Positions 1-8,334 of a stretch of DNA of 31,124 nucleotides are shown one piece after another; the first letter of the stretch is position 1, and each line of letters starts with the position of its first letter. The notes beneath the pieces are model-generated. The model did no database searches and was not told the DNA's origin. It saw only the letters and a program-made list of their open reading frames with translations. Position numbers and translations under genes: made by a program. Origin of the DNA: a candidate division WOR-3 bacterium (lineage in GTDB: Bacteria; Hydrothermota; Tepidihabitantia; B3-TA06). The stretch lies in the NCBI GenBank assembly GCA_034717795.1, contig JAYELY010000358.1:1-31124 (forward strand), in the 5' to 3' direction.

Positions 1-18
1 CACGGAGGAATCGGGTAC

Positions 19-47
19 TTGACGCCCTATCAGAAATTGTCTATAAT
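19..47 (+). promoter_or_regulatory. sigma70-type promoter TTGACG-17-TATAAT
   Basis: TTGACG at 19-24 and TATAAT at 42-47 with a 17-bp spacer; no credible CDS directly downstream. Confidence 0.7.
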
Positions 48-191
48 CAGACAACCTAAACTAGACGACAGTCCCGCCGTTCGGGACGAAGGCCAACATG
101 AGACGCAGTTGGTTGCATAGTACATTTAATCCTAACAACTCAACTGTACCACCATGTGGGTGTACCATCACATCGCAGATTAAAATCCCCC

Positions 192-219
192 TTGACAAAT
201 TAATAATTATCTTTATACT
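192..219 (+). promoter_or_regulatory. sigma70-type promoter for the secreted propeller gene, TTGACA-16-TATACT
   Basis: TTGACA 192-197, AT-rich spacer, TATACT 214-219. Confidence 0.7.
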
Positions 220-390
220 GTATTACTCTTTCAGATGGAATGAGCAGTTTGGTGTGTCTCAAGCTCATGAGGAGCTGAGGACATAAAGCGACCTAAAGAA
301 AGGAGCAATGCTGAAAAAAGGAGGTGGGAGTTTTAGCGTAACTGATGGAGGAATCGAGCTAAAAAAACCTCAACCTCTAGGAGGAGGATA

Positions 391-1767
391 ATGAAAAAGC
401 ATGCATTGCTAGCAGCTCTTATCTTATGCCTTGGGATTGTTCAGCTATCCCCCGCAGCAACCTGGACCATAGATAAGATAACCGATAACACCGAGCAGGA
501 TATGTATCCCTTTGTCACCTCTGTTCCATCAGGTCTAACGGTAGTCTATACCCACAATGATGGAGATAATGAGGCCTTTGTTGCCGACAACTCCTCAGGC
601 CCCTGGGTTACCTCCAGGATTACCGATAACGCAATCAATGACATCGGACTGGATATCGCCTCAAGACCTGGCGAAGCTACTGCCCATATCGCTCTCTGGT
701 GGAATGATACTCCTGACGGGGAAATCTCCTATTGCAGCGGGACCCCGTCAAGCTGGAATACTGAGCGGGTCACCGATGATGCCGACAATGACGCCTGGCC
801 GTCAATCGAAGTCGATGCAAACGGATATGCCCACATGGTTTATCAAAAAGATACCGGCGGCGATTGGGAGATATTCTATTCCAACAACGTAACCGGTTCC
901 TGGGTATCCGAGCAGGTGACCGATAATGGTACGAATGACTGGTATCCCTGGCTGGCTCTCGACTCTGACGGCAACCCTCATATCGTCTACACCGACGGCA
1001 TGGCACTTTTTTACACTAAAAAGACAGCTGGCATATGGACGGCGCCAGAGTTTATAGCAGGCGGTTTCGGAGCCAATTCGCTCCCTTATCTCGTTTTGGA
1101 TAACGAAGACTACGCACACATCTGCTATGCAAAAAGTGACGGCAGCGACAATGAGATATACTACGCCAACAATGTAACCGGTTCCTGGCAGGAAAGCAAG
1201 GTTACAAGCAACGATTACTCCGATCTCTATCCTACGCTTTTCGTCGACCCCTATAAGAATGTCCACATAGCTTACATGGCTCTTGAGTCGAGCGATGCCG
1301 AAATCTTCTACGCGAATAATGTCGGTGGTGTATGGGATATCGGTCGGGTAACCGATAATAGTGTAGACGACTTTGCCATTCTCGGACGGTATTTTATCTC
1401 TGATGATCAAAGATTCGGTCATATCTTCTTCTGGAACAACTCAGATGGTGACAATGAAATCTATCGTGCCCGTAGCGATGGACCGCTCTTTGCCGGCGTA
1501 GAAGAAACCCCACCGGTTTCCTCTCTCACTCTGGAAATAGTCGGAAACCTTTCGGCTACCCCTACACTCAACTACAGCCTTCCCGCCGGTATGCAAGGTA
1601 GGCTAACCTTCTACTCGGTTGACGGCCGTGCGGTTGAAACATTCGCGCTGAACTCGTCGCAGTCCACATTTACATGGAATGCTAACAAGGTATCTGCAGG
1701 GGTCTACTTTGCAAGGCTTGTCGCAGGCAATGAATCGGTTACCGTAAAGGCTATCCTGGCGAGATAA
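391..1767 (+). CDS. Secreted beta-propeller repeat protein with T9SS/Por-type C-terminal sorting domain
   Basis: Signal peptide MKKHALLAALILCLG...; about 7 repeats of W-x3-(I/V)TD-N-x2-D-x2-P; C-terminal GVEE...YSLP...FYSVDGRAV...FTWN...SAGVYFARL...K tail; GGAGGAGG RBS. Confidence 0.8.
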   Translation: MKKHALLAALILCLGIVQLSPAATWTIDKITDNTEQDMYPFVTSVPSGLTVVYTHNDGDNEAFVADNSSGPWVTSRITDNAINDIGLDIASRPGEATAHIALWWNDTPDGEISYCSGTPSSWNTERVTDDADNDAWPSIEVDANGYAHMVYQKDTGGDWEIFYSNNVTGSWVSEQVTDNGTNDWYPWLALDSDGNPHIVYTDGMALFYTKKTAGIWTAPEFIAGGFGANSLPYLVLDNEDYAHICYAKSDGSDNEIYYANNVTGSWQESKVTSNDYSDLYPTLFVDPYKNVHIAYMALESSDAEIFYANNVGGVWDIGRVTDNSVDDFAILGRYFISDDQRFGHIFFWNNSDGDNEIYRARSDGPLFAGVEETPPVSSLTLEIVGNLSATPTLNYSLPAGMQGRLTFYSVDGRAVETFALNSSQSTFTWNANKVSAGVYFARLVAGNESVTVKAILAR

Positions 1768-1787
1768 GAAATCTTCAAGAATAACAA

Positions 1788-1812
1788 TAAGGGGTGCTAG
1801 CAGCACCCCTTA
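1788..1812 (-). terminator. Intrinsic terminator hairpin between convergent genes
   Basis: Perfect 11-bp inverted repeat taaggggtgct-agc-agcacccctta; U-rich tail (ttgttattctt) follows on the minus strand. Confidence 0.7.
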
Positions 1813-1839
1813 AATTCACTGAACGAATTCTATGTAGAT

Positions 1840-1893
1840 GTGTTACGGCGTGTTACGGTGAGTTACGGTGTGTTACGGTGTGTTACGGGTTAC
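1840..1893. repeat. Tandem 10-bp repeat (GTGTTACGGT consensus), 5 copies plus a partial copy
   Basis: tgttacggcg tgttacggtg agttacggtg tgttacggtg tgttacgggt tac; abuts the VOC stop codon. Confidence 0.9.
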
Positions 1894-2237
1894 TTCTCAG
1901 ACCACAGGCCGAGCTTGTTGCCGAAGACGTCGAGGAACTCGGCGTAGTAGCCCCACTCATCCGAGATCTTGGTTTTAGGGGTGACGGTTTTACCGCCTGC
2001 GACCTCGATCTCGGCAAGCTTGGCCTTGATGTCGTCCACTCCGATGTGAAGCAGAACGCCCTCGGTGGAGGGCTTTGCGGATTTGCTGAATCCGCCGGCC
2101 ACGCCTTCCTCCGCCGGAAACCACAGGGTGTAGTCCATACCGGAGTATTCTACCTTCCAGTTGAATAGCTTGGAGTAAAACTCCTTGGCTTTCTCGAGAT
2201 CTGGGGCAGGGATCTCGATGTGAACTATCTTGGACAT
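1890..2237 (-). CDS. VOC/glyoxalase-bleomycin resistance family protein
   Basis: KIVHIEIPAPDLEKAKEFYSKLFNW...GVLLHIGVDDI...GGK...YAEFLDVFGNKLGLW pattern; ATG 2237 after GGAGG. Confidence 0.85.
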   Translation of the reverse strand: MSKIVHIEIPAPDLEKAKEFYSKLFNWKVEYSGMDYTLWFPAEEGVAGGFSKSAKPSTEGVLLHIGVDDIKAKLAEIEVAGGKTVTPKTKISDEWGYYAEFLDVFGNKLGLWSEK

Positions 2238-2247
2238 CAATCCTCCT

Positions 2248-2526
2248 TTACGCTTTCCAGCGCTTCAGGTTTGAAAGTATCCCGCGGACCTCAGGCTTTG
2301 CCTGCTCAGCGGTCAGATCAGGCCTTTGGGTCCATTCTCCCCAGTTGGGAGCCAGGTATGCAACCATATCCTCCATGCTCATCTCAGGATTGGTGAACTG
2401 GCCCTTCTGGTAGCAGTGGGTGCAGTATTCCTTGCTCGCCGAGCCGTCCGCTTCGGTGCCGAAATCCTCCGGTTTCCCCATCGGCATAAAGCAGCTCTGG
2501 CATATCGCTCCTTCAGGCATCTGCAT
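2248..2526 (-). CDS. Putative zinc ribbon domain protein (Zn_ribbon_2/PF12674-like)
   Basis: CQSCFMPM...FGTEADGS...EYCTHCYQKGQFT...M motif; GGAGG RBS. Confidence 0.8.
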   Translation of the reverse strand: MQMPEGAICQSCFMPMGKPEDFGTEADGSASKEYCTHCYQKGQFTNPEMSMEDMVAYLAPNWGEWTQRPDLTAEQAKPEVRGILSNLKRWKA

Positions 2527-2573
2527 GATCTCCTCCTTTGGTTAGGATTTATCTGCTTAGAGCTTCGGCGATT

Positions 2574-2601
2574 ATTATGCGAAGATGCTGTGGTATGTCA
2601 A
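2574..2601 (-). promoter_or_regulatory. Promoter TTGACA-16-CATAAT for zinc ribbon 1 and VOC
   Basis: Minus strand: ttgaca 2601-2596, cataat 2579-2574. Confidence 0.5.
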
Positions 2602-2626
2602 GCTTATCTCTCGATCCGCTCTGAGT

Positions 2627-2902
2627 TCAAGTCCACATCTTTGTAGTTTGCCAGCGTCGCAGGCCGGAGATGAAGTAGTTGGCTTCAATCAACGCCTCAC
2701 GATAGGTCAGGTTCTTTTCTTTCATCCATAAAGGGACGATCCTGGAGATTATCTGCCAGCGTGTGAGTCTCGGCTCAGTAAAGCAACCATCTACGTAGCA
2801 CTTTCCGCAGAAATCATGATTTAAGGAACCATCCGCTTCTGTACCCCACCCTCCCGGATTATTTATGACTCCCCCACAGCTTTGACAATACTCTTTAAGC
2901 AT
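2627..2902 (-). CDS. Second zinc ribbon domain protein (Zn_ribbon_2-like paralogue)
   Basis: CQSCGG...WGTEADGS...DFCGKCYVDGCFTEP; start reassigned to ATG 2902 because GGAGGAGG lies just upstream. Confidence 0.75.
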   Translation of the reverse strand: MLKEYCQSCGGVINNPGGWGTEADGSLNHDFCGKCYVDGCFTEPRLTRWQIISRIVPLWMKEKNLTYREALIEANYFISGLRRWQTTKMWT

Positions 2903-2924
2903 TACGCCTCCTCCTGGCAGCCTT

Positions 2925-2952
2925 AGTATATACAAATCACCGGTGGTGTCAA
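2925..2952 (-). promoter_or_regulatory. Promoter TTGACA-16-TATACT for zinc ribbon 2
   Basis: Minus strand: ttgaca 2952-2947, tatact 2930-2925, then the RBS and ATG. Confidence 0.7.
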
Positions 2953-3137
2953 GTCTTTGAGTCTAGATATTTGTGGTCAGTGTATAACCCTTACGGATGG
3001 TTTTCCCCCTCCGCTTTCCAAGGTGTTGCGCTTCATTATTGAACTCACGGCATAGAAAAGAAGCCAAAGTCGTCAAGTTGACGCAGGCATCCCCCAAATA
3101 CCTTGACGCGGCCCTGATATTAAAGAGAATTGATAAA

Positions 3138-3653
3138 ATGAAGCCTGATGTGAACTTCACTCCAATAAGAGGGAGGTCGGTCGTGCTGCGCGCACGCGAT
3201 CCCATGCTCCTGCGTGAGTTTTACGCCAAGCGGTTTCAGGATGAGGTGTTACGATGGTCGGACGTCTGGCCTGCGAATCCCACATTCGAGGAGGTCAGGC
3301 TGCGGTTTGCCGAGCAGGAGCGCTCTTCCAACGAGTGGCGGTTGTGGATCCACACCCTTGCGGGCAGCCTGATAGGTGAGGTGAGCCTTACGGATATAGA
3401 CCGGGTGAAGCGTCGGGCGGAGTTCTCCATCGTGCTCTTTGATCCCGCCTACTGGGGTAGGGGATACGGCAGCGAGGCGGCCAGGCTGTTTCTCACCGAG
3501 GCCGCAAAGCGCCTCGATCTGGAGCTTTTCTATCTTTTCACCGCTGCGGCAAACAAGAGGGCGATAAGGGCGTTCGAGAAGCTCGGCTTCCGTATTACCG
3601 AACGGCTTAGACTCGAGGGGGAAGGTTTCGTGAAGATGGTGGCAGAGGCCTAG
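3138..3653 (+). CDS. GNAT family N-acetyltransferase (RimJ/RimL type)
   Basis: LIGEVSL...AEFSIVLFDPAYWGRGYGSEA...N.RAIRAFEKLGF; start moved to ATG 3138. Confidence 0.8.
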   Translation: MKPDVNFTPIRGRSVVLRARDPMLLREFYAKRFQDEVLRWSDVWPANPTFEEVRLRFAEQERSSNEWRLWIHTLAGSLIGEVSLTDIDRVKRRAEFSIVLFDPAYWGRGYGSEAARLFLTEAAKRLDLELFYLFTAAANKRAIRAFEKLGFRITERLRLEGEGFVKMVAEA

Positions 3654-3662
3654 ACTTTTCGC

Positions 3663-4946
3663 TCAAACCGATTCTTCAAGGTTTTCCTTGAGATAATCCT
3701 TTAATCTTTCCCACGAATCCCTGAGCTTTCCCTGATTGCACCATGCGGTGTTGTTGGAAAGCAGGGGATCGGTGTCATCGCCCAGTCCGCTTCTTGTAAA
3801 ATCCAGGGTGCCCGGCACCGGCGAGAACTCTGCTATATGCGGCTTAACACCTTCCGAAAGCGCAAAATCGAGGGTCCTTTTGACACTTTCCTCAGTCTGG
3901 CTCGGAAGACCGAAAAGGACGTAGGCTCCAAGCTCGTCACTAAAACCTGCATCCTTAAGAATCCTCGCCGCTTGCGTGAACGCATCCGGTGACACCTTGG
4001 CACCGGTGATTTGTAGAAGTCGCTCGTCTACCGTCTCAAGGCTCAGGTATAGAGAGTGGAATCCAGCTTCTTTCATTAATCTTGCCCTCTTGGGCGTTAT
4101 CTGGCTCACGTGCAGACCGTTCGGTGTATGAAGTTCCAGCCCTATTCCGATTATTCTCTTCATGATCTCGTCGAAATCCGGATGAAACAGCATCGCGTCG
4201 TCGTAAAAGGCGATTCTTCGTATCTTGAGATCGGCAAGGTACTTTAACTCCGCAGTGATATCCTCCAGATTGCGGGGGAGATAGCGTGATTCAAGCCTGT
4301 GCGAGGCGCAGTAGGTGCAGCGGAACGGACATCCTCTTGATATACTCATCACCGCGTAGTCGAGTTTCGAATAGAGCTCCCAGGCGGGGAAGGGCTGCTT
4401 ATCCGCCAGTTGCAGGCCGAGCGCTGACCCCAAGGATCCTCTTACTGCCTCAAGCGAGCCGGGAAGAACTAGGTCGGCCCCGGAGTTGGCACGGGCGTGC
4501 TCAGGCATCAAGGTTGCGTATGTCCCGCCGAGGATCACTGGAATACCGGGATAACGTTTTCTCAGCACCCGGATTGTTTCGGCTACCCCGGTGTACCAGT
4601 AGGTCATGGAAGAGGTTATGAGGATGGCATCTGCGTCCGGGAGATCGGAGAGCCTTTGCACAAGTGTCGAATAAGGCAGACCATATCTTCTGAACTTACG
4701 GGTAACGTATTCAAGTATCCGTGGTTTTTCTATCTCCTCTGCAAAGAACTTGCCCCTGCCCCACTCGTCGGTTTTGGTGCGCTTTTCAAGCCAGGGATGG
4801 TTGCGATCGGCAAGATCAAGAAGATATACCTCTGCCCCCGCATCCTGAAGTGCTCCTGCGACCCTCAGCAGCCCCAGCGGCTTGAGCCAGAAGTCAAACG
4901 CGGCAAAGTCGTGTATCCATGGATTAACCAGTAGTAATCGCTTCAC
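3663..4946 (-). CDS. B12-binding domain radical SAM protein
   Basis: LLVNPWIHDFAAFDFW.KPLGLL, ILGGTYATL, SRGCPFRCTYC (CxxxCxxC), FYDDA, TPNGL; likely GTG start at 4946 because the upstream DUF488 gene ends at 5005. Confidence 0.85.
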   Translation of the reverse strand: MKRLLLVNPWIHDFAAFDFWLKPLGLLRVAGALQDAGAEVYLLDLADRNHPWLEKRTKTDEWGRGKFFAEEIEKPRILEYVTRKFRRYGLPYSTLVQRLSDLPDADAILITSSMTYWYTGVAETIRVLRKRYPGIPVILGGTYATLMPEHARANSGADLVLPGSLEAVRGSLGSALGLQLADKQPFPAWELYSKLDYAVMSISRGCPFRCTYCASHRLESRYLPRNLEDITAELKYLADLKIRRIAFYDDAMLFHPDFDEIMKRIIGIGLELHTPNGLHVSQITPKRARLMKEAGFHSLYLSLETVDERLLQITGAKVSPDAFTQAARILKDAGFSDELGAYVLFGLPSQTEESVKRTLDFALSEGVKPHIAEFSPVPGTLDFTRSGLGDDTDPLLSNNTAWCNQGKLRDSWERLKDYLKENLEESV

Positions 4947-5004
4947 CCTTTGGCCTTCAAAATCAATCCCCTCTATATGATGTAACCTAAGATTTGTGAG
5001 GGAG

Positions 5005-5592
5005 TTAGGAAATCTTGTCCATCTTGGACCGGGAGGTTTTCTTCTTGAGGAGTGGGCGTTCTTTGCCGGGTTTTGAATATTTTGATCTGCCTCGTCTGTG
5101 GTCTTTTCGTTCTTTATCACCTCGGGAGCGTTTTCGCTTTGAGGGACGTTTACCGTAAACACCGGCTTTCTTCATCGTTGGTGTCCAGAGCTTCTCCAGT
5201 TCCAGGAGATGGAACACCTCGGCACCGTCCTTTGCCAGTTCGGCGGCGATCAAACGTCGGTTGCACCTTTCGGGTGTGCGTTCGGAGCACAGTATCAAAA
5301 GCCCCCGGGTACGCGCCAGGCTTTTAAGGAGGGCGGTCCCTCGTTCGTAGAGCGCTGGGTCCAGGTTATCCACTCTTCCGGTTTCTCGTTCAGATCCCAG
5401 TTCGTTGCCCAGGTATATGTACTCAACCTTGTCGTTTTTGCAGATATTCTGGATGTTTTCTCGCCTTAAATGTTTGAGTGGAGAGGCGGTAGAATGGCGG
5501 ATGTCTGCCAAGACCTGAATCTGATACTTGGAAAGGATCTTTACGATCTCCAGTTCGGATCGGTTTTCGGTCCCAAGGGTGTAGATACGCAC
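5005..5592 (-). CDS. DUF488 family protein with a basic C-terminal tail
   Basis: IYTLG...LADIR...EYIYLGNELG...ILCSE..P..CNRRLIA..L matches the DUF488 pattern. Confidence 0.7.
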   Translation of the reverse strand: MRIYTLGTENRSELEIVKILSKYQIQVLADIRHSTASPLKHLRRENIQNICKNDKVEYIYLGNELGSERETGRVDNLDPALYERGTALLKSLARTRGLLILCSERTPERCNRRLIAAELAKDGAEVFHLLELEKLWTPTMKKAGVYGKRPSKRKRSRGDKERKDHRRGRSKYSKPGKERPLLKKKTSRSKMDKIS

Positions 5593-5596
5593 TTGG

Positions 5597-6349
5597 TTAA
5601 CTTACCCCGCTTGGTGAATCCGGCGTTTGGGGTCCAGAAGAGGAGTCCAAATCGTCCCGTTTTGCTTGCAGCCATCCGGGAAGATCCGATCTTTCTTCTT
5701 CCTTGGGTTCGGGGGTAACAGGAGGCTCTGGTGGTGCAGGCTTCTCCTCTCCGGGTTCTTCCGGCTTCCCAAAGGAGGGCGGTGGGTAGGTTGGTGCTGA
5801 GAGGGGAGGTTGAGGGGCGGGTTTTTCAGGTGGAGGTTCCACAGGGGCTGCAGGAGTTTTCTTCATGCTTCCTCCTGCAATAGCTGCGTGAAGTTCCGCA
5901 AGCAAGGAGTTGATCTTGATCAGTGCTTCACCGGTCTTCTCATGTGCTTGAGTCTGACTTTCCAGGGCTTTGAGGATGGACTCCTGGTAGGACTTAAACG
6001 CATCGTTAAGATGCTGGATGCTGGTTGAGATAACCATTGAAAGCATCTCCGCCTTCTCGAATACGATCTGGTCCGAATCTTTCTTGATACGGTCGGGGAG
6101 CTCTTTGGATACAACCTCTATCAAACGCTGGGTCTCCGGACTTCCTGCAACGGCTTCACGCAGTTCTGAGCCAAGTCTGGTGGGAAGGGTGGATGAAAGA
6201 ATGCCTAAAAGTTGATCCAGCTTGTCGTTGATGGCAAGGATTGCACTTTCGGTTTCCCTGCTGCGTGCCGATGTTATTATCTTCTTGCCAGAGGAGTCGT
6301 AGCGCACCTCTCTTGGCTGCTGGACTGTCGGCTTTTCTTCCTGTTGCAT
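5597..6349 (-). CDS. Hypothetical protein, helical/coiled-coil core with a Pro/Glu-rich tail
   Basis: 250-aa ORF with a GGAGG RBS, tightly packed in the operon; family not recognised. Confidence 0.75.
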   Translation of the reverse strand: MQQEEKPTVQQPREVRYDSSGKKIITSARSRETESAILAINDKLDQLLGILSSTLPTRLGSELREAVAGSPETQRLIEVVSKELPDRIKKDSDQIVFEKAEMLSMVISTSIQHLNDAFKSYQESILKALESQTQAHEKTGEALIKINSLLAELHAAIAGGSMKKTPAAPVEPPPEKPAPQPPLSAPTYPPPSFGKPEEPGEEKPAPPEPPVTPEPKEEERSDLPGWLQAKRDDLDSSSGPQTPDSPSGVS

Positions 6350-6360
6350 ACAACTACCTC

Positions 6361-6840
6361 CTAGAATCGGCGGATCAGGGCCAGGATGGCCTTGAGCCGC
6401 TGGTCTGTTTCACGTAAACGTTGTGACAACTTCTTTGCCAGCCCCCACAGAATCCAGTAGGCGGCCGGATTATTATGATCAACTAACTTGTCAAATTCGT
6501 TCTTCTGGATAATCAAAAGCTCTGCGTCGGTGTGGCTGATGGCCGCCGCCGCACGCGGCGCATCGTCCAGAAGCGCCATCTCACCGAAGAAGTCGCCCTG
6601 ATACAGGATCGAGAGCGACTCCTCGCCCACCTCAGGGATAAGCGTAGAGATGCGGATCGAGCCCGAAAGGATGATGCAGAAGTAATCCCCGACGTCTCCT
6701 TCGTTGAAGATCATCTCCTCCGCGGAATATTCCTTGATCCGGCTCGATTTATAAAGAACCTCAAGCTCCTCTTTCTTTAAACGATCGAAGGGGAAATATT
6801 CCCGCAGATCGGTTATCTGAGTCTCATGCTCTTCGTTCAT
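6361..6840 (-). CDS. Cyclic nucleotide-binding domain protein (stand-alone, no HTH)
   Basis: IFNEGDVGDYFCIILSGSIRI...GDFFGEMALLDDAPRAAAA. Confidence 0.9.
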   Translation of the reverse strand: MNEEHETQITDLREYFPFDRLKKEELEVLYKSSRIKEYSAEEMIFNEGDVGDYFCIILSGSIRISTLIPEVGEESLSILYQGDFFGEMALLDDAPRAAAAISHTDAELLIIQKNEFDKLVDHNNPAAYWILWGLAKKLSQRLRETDQRLKAILALIRRF

Positions 6841-7166
6841 TTCGACTCCTCATTGAATTTCTCGGTCACCTCTACATACTTCAAGCGCAGCTGATGCAAC
6901 ATCTCCTTTAGGAACCTCTCCTCTTCTTCCTCCAGATTGCCCTTGGTTTTCTCATTCAAGAGCTCCAGAAGATCTATGGAGTACCGCGCAAGAACGAGAT
7001 TGGGCTTTCCGGTCTCACCTTCCTTATCCGAGATCCCCAGGTCCAGGGCCTGCAGCGCACCCGCAGCCACCGAGAGCACCAGCTCCAGAAAATGGGGCGG
7101 TTGATATTCCTTCTCCTGTTCTGCAGAGCTTTTCTGCTCTTCTTTATGTTCTTTCTCTTCGTTCAT
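6837..7166 (-). CDS. DUF1844 domain protein
   Basis: LARYSIDLLELLNEKTKGNLEEEEERFLKEMLHQLRLKYV signature. Confidence 0.85.
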   Translation of the reverse strand: MNEEKEHKEEQKSSAEQEKEYQPPHFLELVLSVAAGALQALDLGISDKEGETGKPNLVLARYSIDLLELLNEKTKGNLEEEEERFLKEMLHQLRLKYVEVTEKFNEESK

Positions 7167-8329
7167 AGGCCTGTGGTTGATCCAAGGAGCGTGCGTGCTC
7201 CAAGGATGCGTTTAGAGGTTTTATAGATACGTGGTACCCTTGGACTTATACGCGTGGTTATCTCGTAAGAAATGGTATCGGCCCAGCCCGCAACCTCGTC
7301 TGCCGAAAGCACCGCCTCACCGTCCCGACCGATCAACGTTACCTCGTCACCTATCTTTGCACCCGAAGCATTTGAGAAATCCAGCATCATAAGGTCCATG
7401 CATACCACGCCGATGATCGGGTAGCGTTTGCCCGCATAAAGCACCTTCCCTTTGTTTGACAGCGCCCGTGGGTAGCCGTCCCCGTAGCCCACCGATAGAG
7501 TAGCCACAAGGGTATCGTGCTCCAGAACATACGTTCTGCCGTAGCTTATGCTTGCGCCTTTGGGAAGACGCCGAAGGTTCACGATCCGAGTCCGAAGCGT
7601 CAGCACCGGCGCAAGGTCAAGGGAACCCTCCATTGTCTCAGGTTCGATTCCGTAAAGCGCAAGGCCAGGCCTTACAATGTCATAGCGAGCCTGAGGGTAG
7701 CGGAAGATCGCCGCAGAATTCGCCGAATGCAGCACAGGTACCTTAAACCCTTCGCTGCGCAGCCGCGCGATAAGTTGATCGAAGATCGAGATCTGTTTCT
7801 CTGTAAACTTCTTATCCGTCTCGGCTGCAGGGAAGTGGGTGAACACCCCTTCAAGTTTGAGCCCGGGTTTGTTGACCACGAGAGAGATAAGCGCGGGTGC
7901 CTCTTTCGGAGGAACCCCTGTGCGGCCCATGCCCGTATCCACCTCCACGTGGACGGCCAGGCTTTTACCCCTGCGGTTGGCCTCCTGGGCCAGTGCCTTG
8001 GCAAAACCCTTTTCAGTAACATTCGGAATCAGGTTGTAGTCGAAGATCATCGGTATCTCGCGGTAGGGGACAGGGGAGAGGATAAGTATGGGTCGCCTGA
8101 TCTGGCCGTTGGTTCTGAGGTCAATCGCCTCCTCGGTGCTGGCTACACCGAAGTACTCGGTGCCGAGGTTTTCAAGCACCCTTGCTACCTCGCGCCCCCC
8201 GTGACCGTACGCCTCGGCCTTTACCGCGGCAAGCACACGTGCCTCGCCCACCGTGGAGCGGATAAGACGGTAGTTATGCACGAGGGCGTCGATATCTATC
8301 TCGGCCCACACGCGTCCTCTCTGTGGCAT
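7163..8329 (-). CDS. alr: Alanine racemase
   Basis: AAVKAEAYGHG (PLP lysine), VHVEVDTGMGRTG, VRPGLALYG, SYG, GYGDGYPR, VCMD. Confidence 0.97.
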   Translation of the reverse strand: MPQRGRVWAEIDIDALVHNYRLIRSTVGEARVLAAVKAEAYGHGGREVARVLENLGTEYFGVASTEEAIDLRTNGQIRRPILILSPVPYREIPMIFDYNLIPNVTEKGFAKALAQEANRRGKSLAVHVEVDTGMGRTGVPPKEAPALISLVVNKPGLKLEGVFTHFPAAETDKKFTEKQISIFDQLIARLRSEGFKVPVLHSANSAAIFRYPQARYDIVRPGLALYGIEPETMEGSLDLAPVLTLRTRIVNLRRLPKGASISYGRTYVLEHDTLVATLSVGYGDGYPRALSNKGKVLYAGKRYPIIGVVCMDLMMLDFSNASGAKIGDEVTLIGRDGEAVLSADEVAGWADTISYEITTRISPRVPRIYKTSKRILGARTLLGSTTGL

Positions 8330-8334
8330 AATCT

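Noticed and set aside
98-286. 62-aa ORF as a protein gene
   Set aside because: No SD, no recognisable motif, and it runs across the AT-rich promoter at 192-219.
3103-3130. GNAT promoter TTGACG-16-GAGAAT
   Set aside because: The -10 box lacks the first T; plausible but too weak to list as a feature.
4947-5162. N-terminal extensions in the ORF track (5162, 2997, 2935, 8484, 12141, 16516, 16530, 17996, 18565, 26879)
   Set aside because: They overlap upstream genes or promoter boxes (16516 and 16530 use the TTG of the -35 box); family motifs and RBS or promoter positions support later starts.
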